A DNA stretch of 64,000 nt from Polyangiaceae bacterium. GTDB lineage: Bacteria; Myxococcota_A; Polyangia; Polyangiales; Polyangiaceae. Made by a program: the position numbers and the translations under genes. The stretch spans positions 2,272,001 through 2,336,000 of the forward strand of contig CBDCTZ010000016.1 in assembly GCA_965222375.1 (NCBI GenBank), given 5' to 3'. The notes beneath the pieces are model-generated. The model saw only the letters and a list, made by a program, of their open reading frames with translations, searched no databases and was not told the origin of the DNA. Numbering within the stretch: the stretch's first letter is position 1; each line of letters starts with the position of its first letter. Below are positions 47,954-57,881 of the stretch, in pieces.

Positions 47954-49107
47954 CCCGCACCGACCCAGCCGCAGCTGCCACGGAGCAACTGGTGCAGCGC
48001 CTGCGCCTAGAGGCGGCGCTGCCGGTGGATTGGTCGGTACTCGATTGGGACGTCGACCATGGCCCGAGCATTACCCTCGTTGCCGGAGACGATGTTCTGC
48101 TCGTCGAACTATCCGCTCGAAGTGAGACGACTCCTTGCTTGGCGCGAACTGAGCGGTTCAACCTGAACGCACGGGATCCCTTTTTCGAGGGTCGCGCCCT
48201 GGGCCCGACGCTACGGACTGCCTTCGACGCTCTGGTCCGGGTTGTTCGACAATGGGAGCGCAGCTTGCCCAGTTTGGAACGCGACGTGGACGAAAGCGCC
48301 AAGTGCCACGTGCGTGAGGTGCGCGTGCGCCGCGCCCTGGTTCGCGAAGGGCGTGGTCAGTACTACCTGAACCCCTACGTCGGCTGCACGATTGGCTGCA
48401 GCTTCTGCTTCGTAGAAGAGCCGGCAGATCTCTCCCGCAGCCTCTCCGGGCTCCCCCGTAAGGCGTGGGGAGGATGGGTTGACGTGAAAGACAATCTTCC
48501 GGAGGTACTGCTCGAGGAAGTCGCCCGCTTCGAACCTGGAGTGGTGCGGCTCAGTCCGGTCGTTACGGATCCCTACCAGCCGTTGGAACGTCGACACCGA
48601 ATTACGCGACGCTGCCTGCAGGTCCTGCTCGACCATGGGTTTTCGCCCTGCGTTCTGACCCGAGCCGTGCGAATTGCCGAGGACATCCCCCTACTCGCCA
48701 AATTCGAGCGGGCTTGGGTCGGGCTATCCGTTCCGACAGATGACGACGGCATTCGGCACGCCTTCGAGCCCGGCGCAGATCCCATCGAGGCGCGACTATC
48801 GACTCTGGAAGCTTGTCAGCGTGCGGGCCTCGACACCTTTGCCGTGATCCAGCCCATGTTGCCCATGGAACCCAAGCGCCTCGTGGAACGCCTAGCGCCT
48901 CGAGTTCGGGTCGTGCGCATCGATCGGATGCACCTGGAAGACCGCGTTCAGTCCATCTACGCGCGTACGGGCACTCTGCACTGCACGCGCCCCGAGTGGT
49001 TTTCGGAGACGCGCCGGGAGTTGGTTCGCGGCTTCGAGGCGCGTGGGGTCGTCGTTGACGATCTGGAAGACCTGCAAGTGCTCTTCGCCAAGACGGCGGC
49101 CCGCTAG
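47950..49107 (+). CDS. Radical SAM protein (SPL-like) with unrecognised N-terminal domain
   Basis: LNPYVGCTIGCSFC, TDPYQPLE, ITRRCL, FEPGA; 4-nt overlap with the oxidase. Confidence 0.82.
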   Translation: MTRTDPAAAATEQLVQRLRLEAALPVDWSVLDWDVDHGPSITLVAGDDVLLVELSARSETTPCLARTERFNLNARDPFFEGRALGPTLRTAFDALVRVVRQWERSLPSLERDVDESAKCHVREVRVRRALVREGRGQYYLNPYVGCTIGCSFCFVEEPADLSRSLSGLPRKAWGGWVDVKDNLPEVLLEEVARFEPGVVRLSPVVTDPYQPLERRHRITRRCLQVLLDHGFSPCVLTRAVRIAEDIPLLAKFERAWVGLSVPTDDDGIRHAFEPGADPIEARLSTLEACQRAGLDTFAVIQPMLPMEPKRLVERLAPRVRVVRIDRMHLEDRVQSIYARTGTLHCTRPEWFSETRRELVRGFEARGVVVDDLEDLQVLFAKTAAR

Positions 49108-49131
49108 CGAACGCGATCAGCAGCCCGTGGC

Positions 49132-49626
49132 TCAGAGCTTGACGCCTAGCGCCTTGGATACGGGGTCCAGCACGCGCTGCCGGGTCGCCATTCGGAAAAA
49201 GAAGATCAAGATCGCGTGGCCCAACACGGGCGTCATCAGCAGCGCGGGTGAGGCGCCCTTCGCAATGGTGTAGATGAAGCCCGCCCAGATGATCGCCAGC
49301 AGGACGAAGGCCGGCAGGGGTTGGCGCATGTCTAGGCGCAGGGTGGAGCCATCGCCGCGGGCAGTGACAGCGCCGTATACGATGACGAGGGCTCGCTCGT
49401 GCCGCACGTAGTTCGACGCAACCCCGGACGTGGGGATGCGTACGGCGAGCTGCAAGCGACCTTTCTCGATTTCCCCGCGGAAGGGTTTGTCGTCGCTGGT
49501 ACTCGTCTGCTCACCGGCTATCAGCGTGCTCAACTTGCCTACGGTCTCGTCCACCGTTGACGGAAGATCGATCACCTGACTGCGAAGGGGCAGCACGAAG
49601 GGATCGAAGTCGGAGCGTTTGGTCAC
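49132..49626 (-). CDS. Hypothetical membrane protein
   Basis: Two C-terminal TM helices. Confidence 0.6.
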   Translation of the reverse strand: MTKRSDFDPFVLPLRSQVIDLPSTVDETVGKLSTLIAGEQTSTSDDKPFRGEIEKGRLQLAVRIPTSGVASNYVRHERALVIVYGAVTARGDGSTLRLDMRQPLPAFVLLAIIWAGFIYTIAKGASPALLMTPVLGHAILIFFFRMATRQRVLDPVSKALGVKL

Positions 49627-49701
49627 GCGACGCAGCCTAGTCCCCCGGGGCGCGAAGGAAAGCGAATCGATATCGGAGCCTGCGGGTGGCTGCCCCCAGG
49701 C

Positions 49702-51012
49702 TTATTGCAGGGTGGAATTCGTGACCGTGACGTCCTTCGCGATCACGAAGATCCCGGGGTAGCCCTTGGTCTCGAAGCCAGCGCTGGGATTGTTGCTGAG
49801 CACCGAGTCTTTGATCACCAGGAAACCGCTCTTGTCGTTGCTGACGAAGAAGATCGCGCCGCCGCCTTCATTGGCCGTGTTGTCGTTCATCTGCACACCG
49901 CAGAGGGTCAGAGTGAACGTGTTGCCGTCGTTGTAGATCGCGCCGCCGCTGCCGCCACCTGGCGTGTTCGGTTTCGCCGGGTTGGCACCCTTGCCGATGG
50001 CTTGGTTGTGGGAAAACAGACTGTTGAGCACCGTGTAGGAAACCCCGATGCTGGAAAGGCCGCCGCCGTTGGAGCAGACGCCGCCCAGGTTGGGCCCGCC
50101 CCCGAAGGTGCTGTTCACCACGTACACGGGCAGGCCGTTGTACTGGCTCAAGGTGCGGATCGCCGCGCCGCCGACATCTGGCCCCACGGCGTCACAGGCG
50201 TTGTTGAAAAAGCGGCTGTTGATGATCTTGAAGCGTCCGCCACGCACGAAAATGGCGCCGCCGCCCTCCGGTGTCTGGCCCGAAGCGTTGCCATCGACGA
50301 AGGTCAGGTTCTGCACCGTGAGCTGGGGGTGGTCCTGGTTTTGACAGTGGGAGGTGGTCCACTTCTGATTCTTGTCGCAGGTGTTCATGTACAGGATGCG
50401 GCGCTTGCCGTCGCCGCTCAGAGTGACCTTGCCGCCGCCGTCAATGACGATCTTCGGTCCTGTATCGTTGAAGATCTTCGCGGTCTGAGTGAGCTTGATG
50501 GTGACCGGCGCAGGGCCACAGTTGAACGTGATGACGCCGCCCTTCGCAACTGCGGCAACGAATGCGGCTGAGGTGCAGCTTACGGCAGTGCCGGTTCCAA
50601 CGACCGTCGTGGGTTTGGAAACATCTTCGGGTTGCGCGCCTGCCGGCACCGCGCACTTGCCGTTTGGATTGCCCGGCGGTGGCAAGCCGGTGCCGCCCGT
50701 GCCCCCGGTACCCGGCGACCCGCCCGTTGCCGGGGAACCGCCCTTCGCTGGTGAGCCCCCCGTCGCGGCGCTTCCGCCGGTCGCTGTGGAGCCGCCACTT
50801 GCGGTCGCGCCACCGGTCGCCGTTGAGCCCCCGGTGGCCGTGCCCGCGCCGCCCGCGCTCCCTCCAGCGCCGCTGCCTCCCGAGCCCGCACCGCCACCCA
50901 CGGCTGCCCCCGCAGCTCCCCCGGCCCCCGGCGTCGAGCCGCTATCTTCTCCACAACCGGCGCAGAGCGCCAACATGAACGGCAACGCAAGATGCTTGGT
51001 GTATCGGTGCAT
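49702..51012 (-). CDS. Lipoprotein with pectin-lyase-like beta-helix (GGAI/FxxN repeats)
   Basis: Lipobox CAGC; Gly linker; repeated GGGAIF, GGAIY, FxxN motifs. Confidence 0.78.
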   Translation of the reverse strand: MHRYTKHLALPFMLALCAGCGEDSGSTPGAGGAAGAAVGGGAGSGGSGAGGSAGGAGTATGGSTATGGATASGGSTATGGSAATGGSPAKGGSPATGGSPGTGGTGGTGLPPPGNPNGKCAVPAGAQPEDVSKPTTVVGTGTAVSCTSAAFVAAVAKGGVITFNCGPAPVTIKLTQTAKIFNDTGPKIVIDGGGKVTLSGDGKRRILYMNTCDKNQKWTTSHCQNQDHPQLTVQNLTFVDGNASGQTPEGGGAIFVRGGRFKIINSRFFNNACDAVGPDVGGAAIRTLSQYNGLPVYVVNSTFGGGPNLGGVCSNGGGLSSIGVSYTVLNSLFSHNQAIGKGANPAKPNTPGGGSGGAIYNDGNTFTLTLCGVQMNDNTANEGGGAIFFVSNDKSGFLVIKDSVLSNNPSAGFETKGYPGIFVIAKDVTVTNSTLQ

Positions 51013-51181
51013 GGCTGGCTCCCTGTACTCCGAGTATAGCGCTGCGGCCGCCACGCGCGCATATCGCCGCAGTTTCTCGGGTGTTCGGAAAATCCGACCC
51101 ACGGGAAACATCGGGTGTTATGGTCTGGCCGCTTTCTCGCACTAGGGGAAGCAGACGCTTGTGCAAGAAGGAGCGACTAGG

Positions 51182-51772
51182 ATGCGGTTAGCGAGTGGAG
51201 TGCGGTCTCTGAGTATTCCGGTGATGGTTGTCGCGGTAGCGTTGCTCGCCTGCAAGAAGAAGAAGGCGCCGCCGCCGACCACCAGGTCTCCCCTGCCCAT
51301 TCCGACGAAGACGGCACCTGTGCTCCCCGAGACGCCGAAGGGCAAGTTGAAGCTCAAGCAAGCAGCGAAGCTCGACGGCGTGACGCTCACAGTGGAGGAG
51401 TTCAAGGACTGCCGCCTGTCGAACTTCTACAGCCGGCGGAGCCTCAAGCGGAAGAAAGAGAAGCTCATCGGAGTCAACGTCATCTTCGAGGGCAACGGCG
51501 AAAAGGACCACAACGTTTCCTACACCCAATTCAAAGTGAAAGACCCGGAGGGCATGACCTTCCGTTCGATCATTCGCTCCGGCAGCGACTGCAATCCGAC
51601 GTTGAAATCAGGCCGAGTGGGTCAGGGTGAGAAGACTCGAGGCTGGGTGCTGTTTTCGGTTCCCCAAACCGTGGAAAACGTAGAGGTGGTCTTCACCAAT
51701 CGCCGCCCCTACCGCACCGGCACACCTTCTAGCGAGCGCGAGCAGAAGGTCACCTTCGACCCCAGCAGCTGA
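51182..51772 (+). CDS. Lipoprotein, DUF4352-like Ig fold
   Basis: Lipobox LLAC; GEKTRGWVLFSVP. Confidence 0.65.
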   Translation: MRLASGVRSLSIPVMVVAVALLACKKKKAPPPTTRSPLPIPTKTAPVLPETPKGKLKLKQAAKLDGVTLTVEEFKDCRLSNFYSRRSLKRKKEKLIGVNVIFEGNGEKDHNVSYTQFKVKDPEGMTFRSIIRSGSDCNPTLKSGRVGQGEKTRGWVLFSVPQTVENVEVVFTNRRPYRTGTPSSEREQKVTFDPSS

Positions 51773-51808
51773 GCCAATAGCGGCTCGCGCGCGTGTCCGT
51801 GGGGTTGG

Positions 51809-52129
51809 TCAGGATGCGCGGCCGACGTAGCCGATCAGCGCGACCAGGGCGCGCTGATCGAGCTGCAGGAAGCGCACTCCTGCGTTCTGACCGTTGATCC
51901 ACATGACTTCAGCGCGGGTCACGAAGGTCCGCCCCAGGCCCAAGGACAGCTCGCACTCGATCTCCGCGCCGGCGTCGACGCCGGCGAGCCCCGAGAGGTT
52001 CAGGCCGCCCACCGAGACGTTGTTGGCTCTCGTCACGCAGGTCTCGCCGGCGCGAGTCACCCGCACATCGCTTTCGAGGGGGACCCGCCGGTGGGCCCGG
52101 CGCTCTGATGGAGGCGCGAGCATGGCCAT
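51809..52129 (-). CDS. Single-domain PilZ protein
   Basis: RRAHRR, NVSVGG, GVRF. Confidence 0.88.
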   Translation of the reverse strand: MAMLAPPSERRAHRRVPLESDVRVTRAGETCVTRANNVSVGGLNLSGLAGVDAGAEIECELSLGLGRTFVTRAEVMWINGQNAGVRFLQLDQRALVALIGYVGRAS

Positions 52130-52327
52130 GACGCTTCACGGTTTCTGCAAAGTTTGGTCCATTCTCGCGCAGCTGAAAAAGTGAGGGGTTCGCGAATTGA
52201 ACTGATTTCCCGCTACGAAAACTTTTCAAGGCTGCGCAGGATTTCAATGCCCTGTCAGGCCCGCAGAAGCCGCTACTGAAAGCGAGGTCAGGGGGCCCAC
52301 GCGCACCCGCCGCCGCTTCCTACCGAC

Positions 52328-53407
52328 TCAGCGTGGCGCGCGCACGACGGAGCCCGGGCCATCCACGGGGCCTTGGTCGGTGAAGTAGACGCATTCCGAA
52401 TCGACCACCACGCGCCGCGGAGCCCAGAAACCCTCCGCAACGATCGTTTCGAGACCAGAACCCAGATCAAGGCGCCGCACCCGGCCGTTCATCCCAGCAC
52501 CGCCTCGCTCGGTCACGTACACGCTCCCGTTCGCGACGGCGACGCCGTCCACAAACACTCCACTCAGCAGCTTCGACTGGCTGCCGGATGCGCGGTTCAC
52601 ACGAAACAGCGACGTGTTGGTGGTGTAGAAGATGTCCGAATCCGTCACCGCCATGTCATTGGACTGCAGCTCCGTCGGATACGAGTTGATGACCTTCGAG
52701 TCGGTGATCGAATACTCGACAATCTCTGGGTCCGTGCCGTGAGCCGAAAACAGGAGCGAGGTGCCGTGCAAGACGAGAGTCCACGGATCCCGAAGTTTCT
52801 CGAGTAGGTCTTCGACGGCCCCGTCGAAAAGGTTTAGGTGACGCAGCCCGCCGTTGACTGCCGCACTGGCGTAAGTCCAATACACGTCGCTCCCGGAGGT
52901 GACGACGCCCCGGGGGAAGTGCTGAAAGTCGGCCAGCACCTCGAGCCCCCCGAACTTGCTCAGGCGCTTGACCTGACCGTTCACACTCGTCGTGTAGTAG
53001 ACGTGCGTCGCGCTCAAGCTCATGTGAAAGGAGCGTCCACCCTTGTCGGACAGGACGGTGACTGGCCCGCCGACTTTGGCAATTCGTTGGACCCCGCCCT
53101 TGTCCACGGATTGCCCCACAAAGACATTCAGGTCGTCGATGGCGAGGGCATAGGGACTGTCCAGGTAAGCCATGGGGATGGGTCCGGAATTCGGAGGACA
53201 CAATGTGGAAGGTGTTCCGCCTGTCGAAGTTCCGCCTGTTCCCGTTCCGCCCGTCCCCGACGAACCAGACGTGCCACCGCCACCTTGTGCGCCTCCACCC
53301 GTGCCGAGCCCACTTCGTGAGCCACACGCTCCGAGCCCCAGCGCTGCGCTGAACACGAGGGTGCGCGACAACCCACTCAACGTTCGGTCATGAACCGCGG
53401 CCGGCAC
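52328..53407 (-). CDS. Lipoprotein with predicted beta-propeller
   Basis: LGACG lipobox, Gly/Thr linker, repeated VYYT/VYWT/VYFT blades. Confidence 0.72.
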   Translation of the reverse strand: MPAAVHDRTLSGLSRTLVFSAALGLGACGSRSGLGTGGGAQGGGGTSGSSGTGGTGTGGTSTGGTPSTLCPPNSGPIPMAYLDSPYALAIDDLNVFVGQSVDKGGVQRIAKVGGPVTVLSDKGGRSFHMSLSATHVYYTTSVNGQVKRLSKFGGLEVLADFQHFPRGVVTSGSDVYWTYASAAVNGGLRHLNLFDGAVEDLLEKLRDPWTLVLHGTSLLFSAHGTDPEIVEYSITDSKVINSYPTELQSNDMAVTDSDIFYTTNTSLFRVNRASGSQSKLLSGVFVDGVAVANGSVYVTERGGAGMNGRVRRLDLGSGLETIVAEGFWAPRRVVVDSECVYFTDQGPVDGPGSVVRAPR

Positions 53408-53417
53408 GGCTTGGCTC

Positions 53418-54065
53418 TCACTGGGGCATGAAGAGCAGCGGGATGCTCACTCGGGAGATCTGGCCCGTGTCGGACTTGGGGAAGCGGAGCTGACGCAGGG
53501 TCTTGACCACGCAGCCAATCACGGTCTTGTCCGGCAGGTCCGCACTCGCGCTTTTGACAGCCACGGTCCGGCCGCCCTTGTCGATCACGATTTGAATCGT
53601 AATTCGGCCCTGCAGGTTCGGGTTGTTCTCGAGGCCAGTCTGGTAGCAGTGCCGCATCTTCGGGTAGCGCTGTCGCACGATGCGCCGTACGACTTCGGGC
53701 ATCTGATCGCCCACGACGTTGATCTTGCCGAAGCGGATTCGTACCGCGCGCACGGGTGCCAAGCTGGAGCGCAAAGAAGGATCAAGTTTTTCCCCCGGCT
53801 CCGTGGCGACCTCGGGCAGCTGCGCGGCGGACACCTCTCCACTAATCAGATTGAGCACCGCGCTCTTTCTCTCCTCCGCACTTCCGGAACCCGGGCCCAG
53901 CGGTGCAGCCGATGGCGCGGTCGCGATCGTTGCGCTCGGGGCTTGGCTTTTCTCAGAGACAGCGGGGGCCGAGCTCTTTGCCGTGGGCTCTTCCGCAGCC
54001 GGCTTCTTGTCGCAAGCCGCACCGAGGCACAGCACCGCTGCGAGAAACAAGCACAAGCGTTTCAT
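53418..54065 (-). CDS. Lipoprotein with AgmX/PglI-type C-terminal domain
   Basis: Lipobox AAC; EVVRRIVR, CYQTGLENNPNLQGRI, CV...LRFP. Confidence 0.8.
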   Translation of the reverse strand: MKRLCLFLAAVLCLGAACDKKPAAEEPTAKSSAPAVSEKSQAPSATIATAPSAAPLGPGSGSAEERKSAVLNLISGEVSAAQLPEVATEPGEKLDPSLRSSLAPVRAVRIRFGKINVVGDQMPEVVRRIVRQRYPKMRHCYQTGLENNPNLQGRITIQIVIDKGGRTVAVKSASADLPDKTVIGCVVKTLRQLRFPKSDTGQISRVSIPLLFMPQ

Positions 54066-55111
54066 TTCTTGCTCCCCGCGCTGAGCCCCGGATCGAGGAT
54101 TGGCAGATACGACGTCAACATGTGCTTGGTTGCGTCGTCCAGCTGTCGCTTCTGCTTCGAAACGAAGAGCACGTCGCCGAAGCCTTTTCGAGACCGCTTC
54201 TGGTCGATGAAGGTCTGCACTTGCAGCTCACCCTCAGGCAACAGTTTTGCTTCAGCTCCTAGTGCCGCTTTCAGGCCCGCGCCCGCGTTCGCGTGCTGCG
54301 TGCCCTCTGCGAGGGGTCGCACCCAGCTGACTTTGCCCGCCTGTCTTCGGGCTGCCACCGGCACGCTCGCTCGAGCCCCAACGACCCAGAGTTCGAGCAT
54401 GCGCTGCGAGCGCGGCGCGATGCCCTTGGGCGTGTCGGGTTCGAAGTAGGGGTAGTAGGGCACCGGCGTATCGAAGGAGATGCGCATGGTCTCAGCCTTC
54501 ACCGAGCTGAGCCTTTTTGCCGTCCCCTTCGGCGGATCGTAGCGCATGGCCACGTAGAAGAACTTCATGTCCACGTAGTGCTTCAGCCACACGTCTGCTT
54601 CCGGCGTGCTGACGAGTTGGTGCTTCTTCAGCCAACTTGCCAGCGCTTTTTCGTCGTCGGCCGCCAGCACGTAGGCGGTGAAGCTACCCACGCGCTTTTT
54701 CTCCAGCACCTTGACGCCGCCGCCACTGCCTCGCGCCCCCGAACCGAAACCAAGGCCGCCCTTGCCGAATACTCCGACCACGCGCTCATAGGGGAACTTG
54801 CGTCGCATCTCGCCGAAGGGACTCTTTTTGACCGCGTTCACTTGGGGGCGGGAAGGCGTGGGAACCACGAAGCCAAAAGCTTCGTCCGACGCGTTGAACG
54901 CCACCTCCCGAATGAAGTGCTGATGCTTCTTCTTCTCGTCGAACACAATCAGCGTTTGTTCGTAGGAAAGGGAGGGACGCCTCGGCCCCTCCACAGTCTG
55001 CCTCGAGAAGAACCCGCCACAAGCACTCGCATCGCTTGGCACCAAGCTCACCACAACCCCACACGCGATAGCTGCCACAGCCATCGATCGTATCCATCGT
55101 GTTACCGACAT
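54062..55111 (-). CDS. DUF2330-like secreted protein
   Basis: ASACGGFF, FGFVVPTP, VGSF, WLKKH, FFYVA. Confidence 0.7.
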   Translation of the reverse strand: MSVTRWIRSMAVAAIACGVVVSLVPSDASACGGFFSRQTVEGPRRPSLSYEQTLIVFDEKKKHQHFIREVAFNASDEAFGFVVPTPSRPQVNAVKKSPFGEMRRKFPYERVVGVFGKGGLGFGSGARGSGGGVKVLEKKRVGSFTAYVLAADDEKALASWLKKHQLVSTPEADVWLKHYVDMKFFYVAMRYDPPKGTAKRLSSVKAETMRISFDTPVPYYPYFEPDTPKGIAPRSQRMLELWVVGARASVPVAARRQAGKVSWVRPLAEGTQHANAGAGLKAALGAEAKLLPEGELQVQTFIDQKRSRKGFGDVLFVSKQKRQLDDATKHMLTSYLPILDPGLSAGSKK

Positions 55112-55261
55112 CCCCGCAAGCTAGCACGACTCTCCACGGGCGTGGATGGTTACGAAAGCACGCACCAACGAAGCCACAAGCACAAGCGCGCAGGCCGGCT
55201 GGTCCCGTGTATGGAGCTCACGCGGGGGAGAGCAGCCGCGTCGTTGCGCTGAGGAACAAGG

Positions 55262-55327
55262 CAGCTCTGTTGCATCCCCACACAAGCGACGCCTTTCTTT
55301 TGGTTTGTTTAGTTGGCAACAGAGCTG
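55262..55327. repeat. 12-bp perfect inverted repeat around a 42-nt spacer with a T-rich tract
   Basis: CAGCTCTGTTGC (55262-55273) and GCAACAGAGCTG (55316-55327). Confidence 0.75.
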
Positions 55328-55429
55328 TTTTGGGTCCCGAGACCTTGCTCAGCGGGGCTCTGGCGGAACCTTCCGCGCAGCACGGCCGCCGCTTCACGCT
55401 GCGCCTGGCGTCGCGTCGGCGATCGCCAC

Positions 55430-56647
55430 TCAGCCGAACAACGCTGGCAGCGTTCCCTTCACTTCGCCGAGATCTTGCTTGACGCCAACGGCATGCATGG
55501 TCGAGGCAACAACCTGCGCCGGGCGGGCATCCTGAGCTACGATGTGCTGGCCCGACTTGAGGCCACCGGCGCGCCCTGCCACGAGCATCACCATGTTCTC
55601 GCTGGAATGAGTGCTGTGCTTCTTGCCGGTCTGGGGGTCGAGCCCGCGTCCGCCTTCAAAGACCAACGACATGGCGCAGTGATCGAGCATGTTGCTGCCG
55701 TCTATCTCCTTGAGCTTGCCCAGCTTGGAGACGACCTGCGCGAACAGCTTCACGTGGAAGCCCACGCCGTCGGCAAAAGCCCCGTGGGGGAAGATGTGTT
55801 GGTGGGACAGGCTGTGGAAGTCGGACGTGTAGCCCGTCGCCGCGTAAGCGTTCATGTAGCACTTCCAGAACGACAGCTGGTACGACACTACGCGAGTCAA
55901 GTCGCAGGCGAAGGCCGTCGCGATGAAGTCGGAGAGCAAGTCGCCGCGTAGCTCCTCGTCGCTATAGCCCGTCGAAGAGTCGTAGCAGGAGCCGGACTTT
56001 TCATCGAAGGTGCATCCGACGGAGGTGAGCTTGCCGATGGGCGGATCGTCGCCCGGGTTGCTTGGCGGCACGCACGCGCCCACGGCGGGTCCAGCGGCCT
56101 CCAACTCCTCCACCCGGAGCTCTAAGGATCGGAGTTCGTCAAAGTGTCGCTCCATACGCCGCTTGTCCTGGGCGCCCAGCTTGGAGATCAGTCGCTGACG
56201 GCTCGCCTGCACCAGGTCGATCACACTCTTGCGCCGCTTGAGCAGGTACTCGGCTTCTCCAGTGTTGTTCGTCTGCGGAGCGAGGCCTTTGAATAGGGTC
56301 TCGAAGGCCAACCGCGGGCTGACGATGGGGTCGACGGCGACAGTGCCGCTGCCGCGCCGTTTGGAAAGTTCGAGGGGACCTAGGAAGCGCGTGACTTCTT
56401 CCGGATCGAGGGTGCGTCGGAATGCCAATCGGCCGAAGCGCGTCACGAAATGTTCGAAGCAGGCCGCGTCGTTCGGACCCGTGGGGGTGCAACCGACGAC
56501 TTTTGCGAGGCGAGCGGAGTCGCTCAGCAGGCGTCCAACGATGTCGTTCGCCAGAAGCTTAGCATCTTGGATCAGAGCCTTCGAGGGCTCTTGATTGGCG
56601 TAGTCATTGTCGAGGGGCAGCCGTGCATCCGTTGGCAGGCCTGGCAC
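55430..56647 (-). pseudogene. Chimeric remnant: DUF1592/DUF1595-type segment fused in frame to the C-terminal half of a DUF1552 protein
   Basis: FGRLAFRRTL..EE then PRLAFETLF, KSVID, AFACDLTRV, HSLSH, LDH, HSSENM; no signal peptide. Confidence 0.6.
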
Positions 56648-57045
56648 TGACCGAAGTGCCCGTCGTGATCGAGGGCGAAACTGGGACCGGCAAGGAACAG
56701 CTTGCGGAAGCGCTGCACGAAGTCGGGCCGCGCGCCGCAGGGCCCTTTGTTGTATTCGACTGCACGGCGGTGACGTCCAATCTCATCGAGTGCGAGCTAT
56801 TCGGGCACGAGCGCGGCGCGTCCACTGGATCTACGGGAGTTCATCGTGGTGTGTTCGAGCGAGCGAGCGGCGGCACTCTCTTGGTGGACGAAATCGGCGA
56901 TCTGCCCAACGCGCTGCAGGCAAAACTACTGCGCGCGATCAAAGGGTCGCAGGTCACACGCGTTGGCGGCGAAAAGCCCCTCGACGTTGGCGTTCGGCTC
57001 CTGTTTGCGACTCGACGCGACCTCGATAAGGAGGTGCAGGAAGGG
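56640..57045 (+). pseudogene. Fragment of a sigma54 enhancer-binding protein AAA+ domain
   Basis: GETGTGKE, ELFGHERGASTGS, GGTLLVDEIG, QAKLLR; similarity stops after LDKEVQEG; no sensor or HTH domain. Confidence 0.72.
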
Positions 57046-57111
57046 CAAGTAATGGGACGGGCTTTGGCGTGCTGGCGCGCAAGCTCGCGCTCGCTCTGGG
57101 GACGCTTAGGG

Positions 57112-57855
57112 CTACTTGGCGTGGACGCCGATGTCCTCGAAGCCGCCGCCGACGGTTGGCTTGAGAAAGTCTGCGGATTTGGGATCCGTGCTGATGAAGG
57201 ACACGATGCCAGAACGCTGCCAGGAGTTGTCCTTGGGGATCCCGGTACCGCCGTTGTTGCTGGTCTCGCCGGCGATGTTGGCGGTGACCACTGTGTCGGA
57301 ACCCAGAGTGTAGCCGCGCTTGTTGTCCCAGGTCGTGTTGTTCGTGAAGCTCGCGTTCTTTGCTGAGTTGAAGTCGATTCCGGCGGCCTTGTTGGAGTAC
57401 GACAGGCAACGCTCTACGATCGTGTCCGCGCTTGGCGGCTGTCCACCGGCCTTGATGCCTTGCCCGTCGCCGTCGGCGATGCCGTTCGCGTAGGAGATGC
57501 TGTAGCCGACGTAGCTGCCCGTGGAGCGCCAGGTATCAATGCCGTCATCCGAGTTCTTGTAGACCAAGCAGTTTTCAACGCGGTTGTCCGCGCCGCTGGA
57601 GATGGAGATGCCGTCGGAATTGCCACCGTTGGCAAACTCCGCATCGAATATACCGGCGCCAGAGTTGTCATTTGTCGTGCAGTTGCGGATCGTGTTCCGA
57701 GAGCCAAACGCGCCGTAGGGAAAGTCGGAATAGGGGCTGTAGATCTGGATGCCCGTTAGACCATTGTGGTGGGAGTGCACGCCATCGAGCAGGTTGTCCG
57801 TGCCTCCGATCCACACGCCCTGCCTGGGCATGTTCTTCACTTCGAGTCGTCGGTA
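57112..57855 (-). pseudogene. N-terminally truncated right-handed beta-helix protein (PL9 pectate-lyase-like)
   Basis: GGNSDG, NSDDGIDTW, GIKAGG, DIG; no signal peptide and no room for an N-terminus. Confidence 0.55.
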
Positions 57856-57881
57856 CTTCGAGCTCGGGGGTGCTAACCGCG

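Noticed and set aside
56623..57366. 247-aa ORF as an intact sigma54 activator
   Set aside because: Similarity ends near 57045; the rest is antisense to the beta-helix fragment; no HTH and an altered GAFTGA loop
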